NCBI RefSeq assembly: GCF_009914755.1
Contig: NC_060936.1
Direction: 5' to 3' (one strand)
Source: the human T2T-CHM13v2.0 reference genome, Homo sapiens
DNA length: 64,000 nt
Every line of letters starts with the position of its first letter. Positions within the stretch are counted from its first letter, which is position 1. The position numbers were made by a program, and so were the translations under genes. Shown here piece after piece: positions 31,191 through 42,604 of the stretch. The notes below the pieces were generated by a model. It made no database searches, was not told where the DNA came from, and worked only from the letters and a program-made list of their open reading frames with translations.

Positions 31191-31400
31191 CTGTCTCCTC
31201 CCTGTCTCTCTGTCTCCTCCCTGTCTCCCTGTCTCCTCCCTGTCTCTCTGTCTCCTCCCTGTCTCTCTGTCTCCTCCCTGTCTCCCTGTCTCCTCCCTGT
31301 CTCTCTGTCTCCTCCCTGTCTCTCTGTCCCCTCCCTGTCTCCTCCCTGTCTTCCTGTCTCCTCCCTGTCTCTCTGTCTCCTCCCTGTCTCCCTGTCTCTG
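31191..31400. repeat. CT-rich minisatellite of CTGTCTCCTCC / CTGTCTC(T/C) units
   Basis: Directly visible. Confidence 0.92.
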
Positions 31401-32386
31401 TTCTTGTGCATGTGTCTCCCCCTCTGTCCCTCCATCCCCCTCTTTCTTCTCTGGCTCACCCCAGCCTCCTACCAGAGCACAAATGCCTGGGCCCCTGCCT
31501 GGCCGCCCCCACACTGCATCCATGCCCTCCGGGACCTCTGTCTCCTGCTCTTCTCTCCTGCTTTTCCTTCCTCTCCTGCTTTGCCTTGTCTGTGCTGTTC
31601 TCTTCCACTTCTGTCTTTCCATGGCGTGGTCTGGGAGACTCCTGTGGCTTTCACTGACCTTGCCTGGCAGTGGGATGCCCCGGTGAGATGGGTTCGGTTC
31701 CTTCTCTGGCCTTTGTACCAGCGCTGCTGTTCTGTCTCCTGTTCCGTTGGCAGTTCTGGTTCTCCAGAGGAACAAGGGCAGTGGACATCTGCGTTCTGGA
31801 GGAGCAGAGTGATGATCTAGTCTTATCAAAGCCACAGAACACAATTACGGGGCAACATAGCCTGGAAAGAGCCCAGGATGCGGGGACCCCAGGCTTCCCA
31901 GGCGGTGTCAGCACAGCCAGTCATGCAAGCTCCCAGGACCCTGTTTGTCCATCTAGTAAATGGGGAGAGATAATGGTTGGTGGTGATGGTGATGGTGATG
32001 ATGATGATGATAATGACAATAATGACGGCAGCCACCATTTAGAGTCTGAGGAATCAGCCGAGGGTGTAATTAAAACATAGGTGCTCAGGCTGCCCCCTAA
32101 CCACTGATCCAGACGCTCCGGGGACGGCCTGGGTTTGTATTTTAATGCTGCCCCCGCACCATTCCAGGCGCCTGGTCTGGAACCTGAGAGGGGGACCCGG
32201 CCCTGCCCTTAGGGACGCTCCCGCCCAGGAGTGCGGTTTGTGTTGGGACCTGGCTTCTTTCGTTTGCTTGCAGCAGTAGCTCCAGGGACTGTCTTTTGGT
32301 TGAGCTCGTTTTTCTGGAGCTCTCTTTCAGGCCAGATCCTGGCCACATCCCGGGGTTGTGACCCACGTGCCTTGGTTTCTTGCCAG

Positions 32387-32568
32387 GTCGTTTGCTAAGC
32401 CCCCGAAGCAGGTGCAGACGGTCTGCGAATGCATCCTCATCATGAAAGGGTACAAAGAGCTGAACTGGAAAACAGCCAAGGGCGTGATGTCCGACCCGAA
32501 TTTCCTGCGGTCTCTGATGGAGATTGATTTTGATTCGATTACCCAGAGCCAAGTGAAAAACATCAAAG
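32387..32568 (+). CDS. DNAH10: DNAH10 exon, microtubule-binding domain (SFAKPPKQV...KNIK)
   Basis: gccag|G, G|gtgagt; S...PP..V and W..AK MTBD motifs. Confidence 0.93.
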
Positions 32569-33661
32569 GTGAGTGTAGCCACGTGTGGGAATCGCCAGGG
32601 TGGATCTCGGTCTGGCATCTCAGGCTCTGGGACAGGGATGGAGGGCAAGGAGGCTTGTCGTGGGCAGGCCCTCCCCTTCTGGTCAGATGGTATCGGATGG
32701 AACAGGCAACTGATGGTCACCAGAGGAAAACAGCAGCCCCATGACGTGACCCAGGGAGAGTGGCTGGGGATGCGCGGCGGCAGCCGTGCCCACTGAGGGT
32801 TCGATTCGGCACTAGTCCTAGCTCTCCGTGTCAGGAAACAGGATCTTCTCATTGGAACCTAGCCCAGCCTTGTCTTCTGTGCATCTCACCCAGTGCTGTT
32901 CAGTGCACATGCAGAAGCCCAGAGCTAGTCTGACCTTGACTTCCCCCCTTTCTCCTCTTGTCAGTGTCAAGTCTTCTGGAGGTCCCTGGGGAGTGGGCAT
33001 GGGGGTGGGCAGCATCACTGATGGCCAGCCTCTCCTCCATCTTTGGTTATAGGACTGAGTTCCCCTTGAGCTCAGTTCCTGACCCTGCCCAGTGCTCAGC
33101 CAGGCGGTGATAGTGTAATGGTGTTAGTCTTTGCGAAAAGCAATACAAGTTAACGCTGTGTTTGATGGTTTATTTAGACTCTTATCAAATGCTTTTTCTT
33201 AGCCCCTTAAAAACAAAAGCAATCTCAACACAAATGACCCCAACCACTACAAAAACCCAAGGCACTCCCTCTGTCTGAATCTTCATTGGATGGACTTCCG
33301 TTTATGTGAAATTACTCCTGGGGTGAGGGTGCGGGTGAAGGTAACAGGTGACCTGTAGTGGCCTGTGAATTCCAGTTAGCCACCTGGGTGCCCAGTTGGG
33401 AGTCTCCGTTACGCCCTGGGTCTCCTGTGTGACACCTGCGTCCTGGGTGGCAGTAAACCATGTCCCTTGCCCACATCTGAAACATCCGTTTATGCAGAAC
33501 CCATCTTGGTTTGACACCACGCTGTTGGCCGTAGGAGAGCTTTGTGCATTCTGCTCACAGGGCCACTGAAGAATAAGAAACTAGTTATGCTTATTTTGTC
33601 TATTTTATGCTCCCAAGATGAAGCTTGCCACTCATAAAAATTATTGCATGTTTCACGTTAG

Positions 33662-33798
33662 GCCTCTTGAAGACTCTTAATACCACAACTGAAGAAATGG
33701 AAGCTGTCAGCAAAGCCGGGCTGGGGATGCTGAAATTTGTTGAAGCTGTAATGGGCTACTGTGATGTTTTCAGAGAAATCAAGCCCAAAAGAGAGAAG
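33662..33798 (+). CDS. DNAH10: DNAH10 exon, MTBD/CC2 (LLKTLN...IKPKREK)
   Basis: cgttag|GC, AAG|gtattg; phase fits. Confidence 0.9.
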
Positions 33799-34050
33799 GT
33801 ATTGCCCGAATGTAAGACTGCCACACCACTGCCAAGGGACCCATTCAGAGTCAGAATTCACATGTACATACCTTTGCTGAAAAACTTCTCCCGAGGTTCT
33901 GACTTCAAGCTGCATAAACTTTCCCTCCACCACCCAATAAATGGCAATCCTGAAACACCACTATCACTTAGGCATAGTGTGGGTGGTGGACAAGACCGAG
34001 GTCTGAAAGAGTTTCAAACTTCCTGTGAAAGTGTAGTATAAAGATGTTCA

Positions 34051-34310
34051 GACCAGGCGTGGTAGCTCATGCCTGTAATCCAGCACTTTGGAAGGCCCAG
34101 ATGGGAGGATCACTTGAGCCCAGGAGTTTGAAACCAGCTTGGGCAACATAGTGAGACCCTGTCTCTACAAAAAAAAAGTTTTTTAATTAGCCGAGCATGG
34201 TGGCACACACCTGTACTGCCAGCTACTTGGGAGGCTGCAGTGAGCTGTGATTGTACCACTGCACTCCAGCCTAGGTGACAGAGTGAGACCCTGTCTCAAA
34301 AAAAAAAAAA
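34051..34310 (+). mobile_element. AluJ (internally deleted)
   Basis: Alu motifs, A tail. Confidence 0.85.
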
Positions 34311-34350
34311 TGACGTAAAGATGTTTAAAGTTGTTTCTCTAGGGTCAAAG

Positions 34351-37300
34351 CAGAGTTTCTCAGCTGCAGCTGAATGTGGCCTGGTGGTGGTGGGGGGTCT
34401 GTCCTGGGGGATCTGTCCTGGGGGGTCTGTCCTGGGGGGGGTCTGTCCTGGGGGGTCTGTCCTGGGGGGGGTCTGTCCTGGGGGGTCTGTCCTGGGTGGG
34501 TCTGTCCTGGGGGAGTCTGTCCTGGGGGGGTCTGTCCTGGGGGGTCTGTCCCGGGGGGGGTCTGTCCTGGGGGGGTCTGTCCCGGGGGGGGTCTTTCCCG
34601 GGGGGGATCTGTCCTGGGGGAGTCTGTCCTAGGGGGGTCTGTCCTGGGGGGTCTGTCCTGGGGGGACTGTCCTGGGGGGTCTGTCCCGGGGGGACTGTCC
34701 TGGGGGGTCTGTCCCAGGGGATCTGTCCTGGGGGGGGTCTGTCCCGGGGGGTCTGTCCTGGGGGGACTGTCCTGGGGGGATCTGTCCTGGGGGGGTCTGT
34801 CCTGGGGGCATCCGTCCTGGGGGGGTCTGTCCTGGGGGGGTCTGTCCTGGGGGGATCTGTCCTGGGGGGTTTGTCCTGGGGGAGTCTGTCCTGGGGGTGG
34901 TCTGTCCTGGAGGGGTCTGTCCTAGGGGAGTCTGTCCTGGGGGGGGTCTGTCCTGGGGGGGTCTGTCCCGGGGGGGTCTGTCCCGGGGGGACTGTCCTGG
35001 GGGGGTCTGTCCTGGGGGCGTCTGTCCTGGGGGTGGTCTGTCCTGGGGGGGGTCTGTCCTGGGGGGGTCTGTCCCAGGGGATCTGTCCTTGGGGGACTGT
35101 CCTGGGGGGGTCTGTCCTGGGGGCATCTGTCCTGGGGGGGGTCTGTCCTGGGGGGGTCTGTCCCAGGGGGTCTGTCCTGGGGGGATCTGTCCTGGGGAGG
35201 TCTGTCCTGGGGGGTCTGTCCTGGAGGTGTCTGTCCTTGGGGGGGGTCTGTCCTGGGGGAGTCTGTCCTGGGGGGGTCTGTCCTAGGGGGGTCTGTCCTG
35301 GGGGGTTTGTCCTGGGGGGGTTTGTCCTGGGGGGGTCTGTCCTGGGGGGGGGGTCTGTCCTGGGGGAGTCTGTCCTGGGGGGGTCTGTCCTGGGGGGTTT
35401 GTCCTGGGGGGGTCTGTCCTGGGGGCGTCTGTCCTGGGGGGGGTCTGTCCTGGGGGGGTCTGTCCTGGGGGGGTCTGTCCTGGGGGGGAGGTCTGTCCTG
35501 GGGGAGTCTGTCCTGGGGGGGTCTGTCCTGGGGGGTCTGTCCTGGGGGGGGTCTGTCCTGGGGGCGTCTGTCCTGGGAGGGGTCTGTCCTGGGGGGGTCT
35601 GTCCTGGGGGGGGGTCTGTCCTGGGGGGTCTGTCCTGGGGGGGGGTCTGTCCTGGGGGGTCTGTCCTGGGGGAGGGTCTGTCCTGGGGGGTCTGTCCTGG
35701 GGGGGGTCTGTCCTGGGGGAGTCTGTCCTGGGGGGGTCTGTCCTGGGGGGTTTGTCCTGGGGGGGGTCTGTCCTGGGGGCGTCTGTCCTGGGAGGGGTCT
35801 GTCCTGGGGGGGTCTGTCCTGGGGGGGGGTCTGTCCTGGGGGGGTCTGTCCTGGGGGGTCTGTCCTGGGGGGTCTGTCCTGGGAGGGGTCTGTCCTGGGG
35901 GTTCTGTCCTGGGGGGGTCTGTCCTGGGGGGGTCTGTCCTGGGGGGTTTGTCCTGGGAGGGGTCTGTCCTGGGGGGGTCTGTCCTGGGGGGGGTCTGTCC
36001 TGGGGGGGGGGGTCTGTCCTGGGGGGGGGGTCTGTCCTGGGGGGTCTGTCCTGGGGGGGGTCTGTCCTGGGGGGTCTGTCCTGGGGGGGGTCTGTCCTGG
36101 GGGGTCTGTCCTGGGGGGGGGTCTGTCCTGGGGGGTCTGTCCTGGGGGGGGGTCTGTCCTGGGGGGTCTGTCCTGGGGGGGGGTCTGTCCTGGGGGGCCT
36201 GTCCTGGGGGGGGGTCTGTCCTGGGGGGGGTCTGTCCTGGGGGGTCTGTCCTGGGGGGGGGTCTGTCCTGGGGGGTCTGTCCTGGGGGGGGGTCTGTCCT
36301 GGGGGGTCTGTCCTGGGGGGGGGTCTGTCCTGGGGGGCCTGTCCTGGGGGGGGGTCTGTCCTGGGGGAGGGTCTGTCCTGGGGGGTCTGTCCTGGGGGGG
36401 GTCTGTCCTGGGGGAGTCTGTCCTGGGGGGGTCTGTCCTGGGGGGTTTGTCCTGGGGGGGGTCTGTCCTGGGGGCGTCTGTCCTGGGAGGGGTCTGTCCT
36501 GGGGGGGTCTGTCCTGGGGGGGGGTCTGTCCTGGGGGGGTCTGTCCTGGGGGGTCTGTCCTGGGGGGTCTGTCCTGGGAGGGGTCTGTCCTGGGGGTTCT
36601 GTCCTGGGGGGGTCTGTCCTGGGGGGGTCTGTCCTGGGGGGTTTGTCCTGGGGGGGGGTCTGTCCTGGGGGGGGTCTGTCCTGGGGGGTTTGTCCTGGGA
36701 GGGGTCTGTCCTGGGGGGGTCTGTCCTGGGGGGGGTCTGTCCTGGGGGGGGGGTCTGTCCTGGGGGGTCTGTCCTGGGGGGGGTCTGTCCTGGGGGGTCT
36801 GTCCTGGGGGGGGGTCTGTCCTGGGGGGTCTGTCCTGGGGGGGGTCTGTCCTGGGGGGTCTGTCCTGGGGGGGGTCTGTCCTGGGGGGGGGTCTGTCCTG
36901 GGGGGTCTGTCCTGGGGGGGGTCTGTCCTGGGGGGTCTGTCCTGGGGGGGGGTCTGTCCTGGGGGGTCTGTGCTGGGGGGTCTGTCCTGGGCGGGGGGGT
37001 CTGTCCTGGGGGGGTCTGTCCTGGGGGGTCTGTCCTGGGGGGTCTGTCCTGGGGGGGGGTCTGTCCTGGGGGGTCTGTCCTGGGGGGGGGTCTGTCCTGG
37101 GGGGTCTGTCCTGGGGGCATCTGTCCTGGGCGGTGTCTGTCCTTGGGGGGGGTCTGTCCCGGGGGGACTGTCCCGGGGGGTCTGTCCCGGGGGGTCTGTC
37201 CTGGGGGGGGTCTGTCCTGGGGGGTCTGTCCTGGGGGATCTGTCCCGGGGGGTCTGTCCTGGGGGGGGGTCTGTCCTGGGGGGGTCTGTCCTGGGGGGTC

Positions 37301-38099
37301 TGTCCTGGGGGGGTCTGTCCTGGGGGGGTCTGTCCTGGGGGGGGGTCTGTCCTGGGGGGTCTGTCCTGGGGGGGGGTCTGTCCTGGGGGGGTCTGTCCCG
37401 GGGGGGTCTGTCCTGGGGGGGGTCTGTCCTGGGGGGTCTGTCCTGGGGGGGGTCTGTCCTGGGGGGGTCTGTCCTGGGGGGTCTGTCCTGGGTGGGTCTG
37501 TCCTGGGTGGGTCTGTCCTGGGGGGGGGTCTGTCCTGGGGGGGGTCTGTCCTGGGGGGGGGTCTGTCCTGGGGGGGGGTCTGTCCTGGGGGGGGTCTGTC
37601 CTGGGGGGGGTCTGTCCTGGGGGGTCTGTCCTGGGGGGGGTCTGTCCTGGGTGGGTCTGTCCTGGGTGGGTCTGTCCTGGGGGAGTCTGTCCTGGGGCGG
37701 TCTGTCCTGGGGGGGGTCTGTCCCGGGGGGGTCTGTCCTGGGGGGGGTCTGTCCTGGGGGGTCTGTCCTGGGTGGGTCTGTCCTGGGGGAGTCTGTCCTG
37801 GGGGGGTCTGTCCTGGGGGGTCTGTCCCGGGGGGGTCTGTCCTGGGGGGGGTCTGTCCCGGGGGGGGTCTTTCCCGCAGGGGGTCTGTCCTGGGGGGTCT
37901 GTCCTGGGGGGTCTGTCCTGGGGGGGGGTCTGTCCTGGGGGGGTCTGTCCTGGGCACTATAGGATGTTTAGCAGCATCTTCAGCCTCACCCCACTGGATG
38001 CCAGCAGCACCCTCCCTCCAAGCTGTGACATCCAGAAATGTCTCCAGACAGTACCAAACGTCCCCTGGGGGACAAAACCTACCGCAGTTGAGAGCAGCG
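34351..38099 (-). mobile_element. MER20 (hAT-Charlie) split by the minisatellite (pieces 34351..34391 and 37955..38099)
   Basis: Left cagagtttctc; right gcactataggatgtttagcagcatc...gatgccagcagcacc...aatgtctccagaca...tcccctggggg...gttgaga follows the MER20 reverse-strand consensus and the copy at 15845..16050. Confidence 0.85.
34392..37954 (+). repeat. G-rich minisatellite (G5-11 TCTGTCCT)n, ~3.56 kb, roughly 230 units
   Basis: Directly visible; unit mostly 14-17 bp; variants TTTGTCCT, TCTGTCCC, GGAG, GGCG, GGTGG. Confidence 0.99.
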
Positions 38100-38542
38100 G
38101 GGCCAAAGTCACATGAAGATCACAAAATACAAAGAGAATAAGGTTAATTTGATCATTTTGAGTCATATTGTGACCTTGCGCTATAGCTCGGAATTGTATT
38201 ATTCAGAAAGCTTGGAACCAATAGAAATACTGTTACTGTCTATGGTATATTCTTCTGAGTTTTTGACTTAGAACCACAGTGTCATCTTACGGAGACCTCA
38301 GTACATGAAAGTAAAACCATTTGATAACTTGGGTGCTGTGTCTTCTAATGGGACATGGAGTTTTTGCAGCAAACAGTCGAAGAAGAAACTAAGAAGCCAC
38401 GTGTCTCAACATAGCATATAGAGGCTCTGAAAAGCACAGACACCATTAGAGCAGTTTAGACATGTGGCCTGGTTTGAGGCCATGGGATCGCGGCCCCACC
38501 ACGGTCCTTTTCCCCATCTTTTTGCAAATTGTCTTCACTTAG

Positions 38543-38760
38543 GTGGCCAGGCTGGAGCGGAATTTTTACCTCACTAAACGGGAACTGGAAAGGATCCAGA
38601 ATGAGTTGGCAGCAATTCAGAAAGAGCTGGAAACATTGGGTGCCAAATATGAGGCCGCCATACTGGAAAAGCAGAAGCTGCAGGAAGAAGCCGAGATCAT
38701 GGAGAGGCGGCTGATTGCCGCAGACAAACTCATCTCGGGTCTGGGGTCAGAAAACATCAG
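38543..38760 (+). CDS. DNAH10: DNAH10 exon, stalk CC2 (VARLERN...[14 protein letters not shown])
   Basis: cacttag|GTG, AG|gttagc; A.KLISGL..E..R motif. Confidence 0.93.
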
Positions 38761-39773
38761 GTTAGCGCTGCTCACGAGCCCACCTGTTGCGGTTTGTAAA
38801 CGGACGTCACCCACAGAGTTTCTCGCCATGTTGATTCTTTATCTCACGTTGTGTTTTTATGTGAAAACCATGTGACCAGGTCTTATGTTCCTATTATCAT
38901 GTTTATGGCAGCTAATGGCTATTTTATAGGCTCTTGTTTGTATTAGGCACTGAGTGTTATTTATTAATTACTAAGGGTCAAGGAGGCAGTGCAGCTGTGG
39001 AGACGGGGGAATCCATACCATTTAGCAGGGTGCTCTAGGTTTGGGAAGTGTTCACTTCTTGGTGACCTCTAACCCCTGGGTCTTTTCTAGAAGAGTCTGT
39101 GGGAGAAGCCCATCTCTGTCACCGCACAGATGCCTTCTAAGGGTCCCAGTGGCTTGTTCAATCCTGGGCTTCAGTCTTAAGTGATGGGGCTGTTTGATAT
39201 TTATGGGCAAGACCGCTTGGCCACAGCTTATTCACCAAATAGGGCAACAATTTTGAATCTAGCATCTGTAAGTGTGGTGTAGAAAACACTGAAAAATGTT
39301 GTTTGCGTGTGGGAAACAATTTTCAGTATTTCTTAAACCTAAGTCTTGGGGCATTTACTGAAAGAGGACAAATGAAACAGACGCTTTCTTTTATCTTGGG
39401 TGGAATTCTGTCATTGAGTGAGGCCAGAACTTGTTAGCTCTGCCGGGCTGATTTATATGTCTTTGATTAAGGCTTCAGAAACAACGTGATTACTACTTAA
39501 TATGATCCACGCAATGTGATTACTGCTTAATAAAGACCACAGGCCTTTACTGAGCCCCCTGCTTGATGCTGGCTCCAAATACCAGGTTCACTAGGGTGGG
39601 AAGTTGCAAGATAAGCTGTTGGTCTCTGTTCCTCACAAGGAAAGAATATCTCAAAACATGTTTCCATCTGGCTAGCCCTGTTAGCAAGGTATCAAGCTGG
39701 TTCTTCTGGAATGTTCCTTTTGGTTGTGGCCAGAAGGTAAACTCACGGCAGCCTCCCTCTCCTCCCGTGCCAG

Positions 39774-39995
39774 GTGGCTGAACGACCTGGATGAGCTGAT
39801 GCACCGGCGCGTGAAGCTGCTGGGGGACTGCCTGCTCTGCGCGGCTTTCCTCAGCTACGAGGGAGCCTTCACCTGGGAGTTCCGTGACGAGATGGTCAAT
39901 CGGATTTGGCAAAATGACATCCTGGAGCGGGAGATCCCCCTGAGCCAGCCTTTCCGGCTGGAAAGCCTGCTCACGGATGATGTTGAGATCAGCAG
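39774..39995 (+). CDS. DNAH10: DNAH10 exon (WLNDL...[16 protein letters not shown]...)
   Basis: gccag|G, AG|gtgtgt. Confidence 0.93.
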
Positions 39996-40296
39996 GTGTG
40001 TGGCACCCTGAGCCAGCAGGAGGGAGGGGACACCTTAGCACAGGGGGTCTACGTGGGTGTCACCCTGGGGGGAGGCAATGGCCTGGGGGGCATCACCAGG
40101 ACCACAGTTGGCTCGACTGCATGGAAGTGGCCGGGCAAGCTGCAAACCCAGCACGGAGCCCTTCTCCCTGGCCTCTGAGGAGGCTTGTGTGGCCTGGGGA
40201 TGGGTAGATTGTTCTGGAAGGCCAGTCCTACCACCCTTAGCCCTTGGCTCACAAATTGGTGAGAAAAATTCATTTCCCAATGGCTGTTTCTTCCAG

Positions 40297-40444
40297 ATGG
40301 GGATCCCAGGGCCTTCCCCCCGATGAGCTCTCCGTTCAGAATGGCATCCTCACCACCCGGGCCAGCCGCTTCCCTCTGTGTATCGACCCCCAGCAGCAGG
40401 CCCTCAACTGGATCAAGAGAAAAGAGGAGAAGAACAATCTGCGG
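40297..40444 (+). CDS. DNAH10: DNAH10 exon, AAA5 ([16 protein letters not shown]...[10 protein letters not shown])
   Basis: ttccag|A, CGG|gtatgg. Confidence 0.94.
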
Positions 40445-40794
40445 GTATGGTGGCTCCTCCCAGGGCGTCTTCTGCCCCCTATTCCTGTTCTCTGGAGAAT
40501 GCCCCTCCCGCCTCCTGTACGTGGCAGTCCCTAGCCTCAGCGAGGCTGGGCTGAAATGCTTCCATCCTGACCCCCATGCGGAGCCCTCCCCCGGCTCCGC
40601 CTCCGCCTCCACCCCGTGGGTCTGCCAGGGCAGCTCAAACCGCCATGAACTCTGCCTCTCCCCTCGCAGGCTGTGAGCAACCTTAGCTTCGTGTTCCTCT
40701 GTCCAGTACGGGGTTCGTGGTCTGGGTGCTCAGTCACTATTTTTTGGAGCTGAGGTGGGGGATGGGGATGCAGGGGAGGAGAGGGGAGAGTAAT

Positions 40795-41345
40795 GGCTTG
40801 ATTGAGATGTAATTCACATACCACACCTTTCCCCCACTGAAAACATACAATTCAGTTTGAGTTTTAGTATATTTACAGAGTTGTATACCAATCACCAGAG
40901 TCAGTCTTAGAACATTTTTATTATCCCTGGAAGAAATGCTACATCCTTTAGCCATCACCCCTCCAGTCCTTCCGTTTCTCCCTCCCCGAGCCCCTGGCAG
41001 CCACTCATCTGCTTTCCGTCTGTGAATGTGCCTCCTCTGGACATTTCTTAGGAATGGACTCAGACGCTGTGTGGCCTTTTGTGTCTGGCGCCTTTCACTC
41101 AGCCTGATGTTTTCAAGGTCCGTCCTTGCTGTAGTGCATCAGGGCGTCATTCCTTCCTTGGGCTGAATGATATTCCGGTGTATGAACAGACACATTGTGT
41201 TCATCCATCCATTTGCTGAGGGACAGTTGGGTTGTCCTACTTTTTGGCTGTTTGAAGAATGCCGCTGTGAATGTTGGTGCACACGTTTCTATGTGGCCAT
41301 GTGTTTTCAGTTCTCTTGGGGCGATACCTAGGAATGGAATTGCCG
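40795..41345 (-). mobile_element. Old L1 (L1MB-like) 3' fragment
   Basis: attgagatgtaattcacatacca...atacctaggaatggaattgc. Confidence 0.75.
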
Positions 41346-41901
41346 GGGCGGCCCAATCACTTTTTGCTGAGCTAATGAACAAATTAATTATTTTCAATTT
41401 AGCTTTTCCTCATTTTTTTCTGGTCCTTGATCTCAGGTATTTGCCTGCTGTTAGAGGAAGCCCATTTGTACTCCAAGGTCAGGGGAACAGTCTGCCTCCA
41501 AAATGCACATGGAGCTATCAGGGAGCAAATACTATGAGGGCAGGAACTTTTCTAGACTCCCTCTTCCCTCAGCCTGCCAGGGAGCACTGAAATTGTCAGC
41601 CTACCCCTAGTCCAATTCCAACATCTACCCTCTCTCTTAAAGAGGAGGGGTTCTAGCTTACGGGAGAGGGGCTGAGGAATCCCCTTCCTTTCCTCTCTAC
41701 CCTGTTTGAGCAAGATCCTGCCCTGAGCCTGGACCTCATGGTGTATATGCGTTATACCCCTTGCTTCTCTCTTCTTTTCACCTCTGGCCCCCTCCAAGTT
41801 CCTGGCCCATCCACTTCCCACTTCCAAGCCATTCTCCCCTTATATTTGGCAGGGCCACAGTTAAACGTGGGCTTTCAGCATCTGCCTCCCTTCTCTTCCA
41901 G

Positions 41902-42181
41902 GTCGCTTCCTTTAATGACCCTGACTTCCTCAAGCAGCTAGAGATGTCCATAAAGTACGGGACCCCTTTCCTGTTCCGCGATGTTGATGAATACATCGAT
42001 CCTGTGATTGACAACGTCTTAGAAAAAAATATAAAAGTCTCCCAAGGACGGCAGTTTATTATCCTGGGAGACAAGGAAGTGGACTATGATTCAAATTTCA
42101 GACTGTACCTGAACACCAAGCTGGCCAATCCCAGATATTCCCCATCCGTGTTTGGGAAAGCTATGGTGATCAATTACACTG
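41902..42181 (+). CDS. DNAH10: DNAH10 exon, AAA5 (VASFND...[14 protein letters not shown]...INYT)
   Basis: ttccag|GTC, G|gtaaga. Confidence 0.94.
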
Positions 42182-42604
42182 GTAAGAATGTGTAGAACCT
42201 CCACTGCTAATTCAGATGGTTATGAGGGAGACCGCAACCTCAGATCAAGGCATTCATGGGACATCATTTCACTCAGTGACCCCAGATCATTCTCTCATAG
42301 GCACATCTGGACTAGTCAGCTCTTACCAATTAGGTACCACTTAGAAGGTGTGAGGCCATGAGTCACCTGTCATGAGTCACGCTGAGACGGGGCCGTGGGC
42401 TTATGTGTTCACACATGGGGTGGGATGGGACCTCTGACTGTGGGGGCAGGAAGTTACTCTATATTCGTGTATTTAAAATACATGTTGTGATGTTGAATTT
42501 TTTTTTTCTTCCTCTCAGTTGAATTCTGATAGAAATGGGATGTTATCTCTTACATTCTCTAGGGCTGTCATGCTCCTGCTTAAATAGGCTAATTTGATTT
42601 GGAT

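Noticed and set aside
31023-31844. 217-265 aa ORFs on both strands
   Set aside because: Driven by the CT-rich repeat; no coding signature or splice-phase fit with DNAH10.
34392-37954. CRISPR array, telomeric repeat or SVA VNTR
   Set aside because: No unique spacers, no TTAGGG, and no SVA hexamer/Alu-like/SINE-R parts. The flanks are MER20.
34376-38141. Very long ORFs (1246, 1011, 944, 736 aa) as real genes
   Set aside because: They arise because the repeat unit lacks stop codons. They start at GTG/TTG, have low complexity and are intronic.
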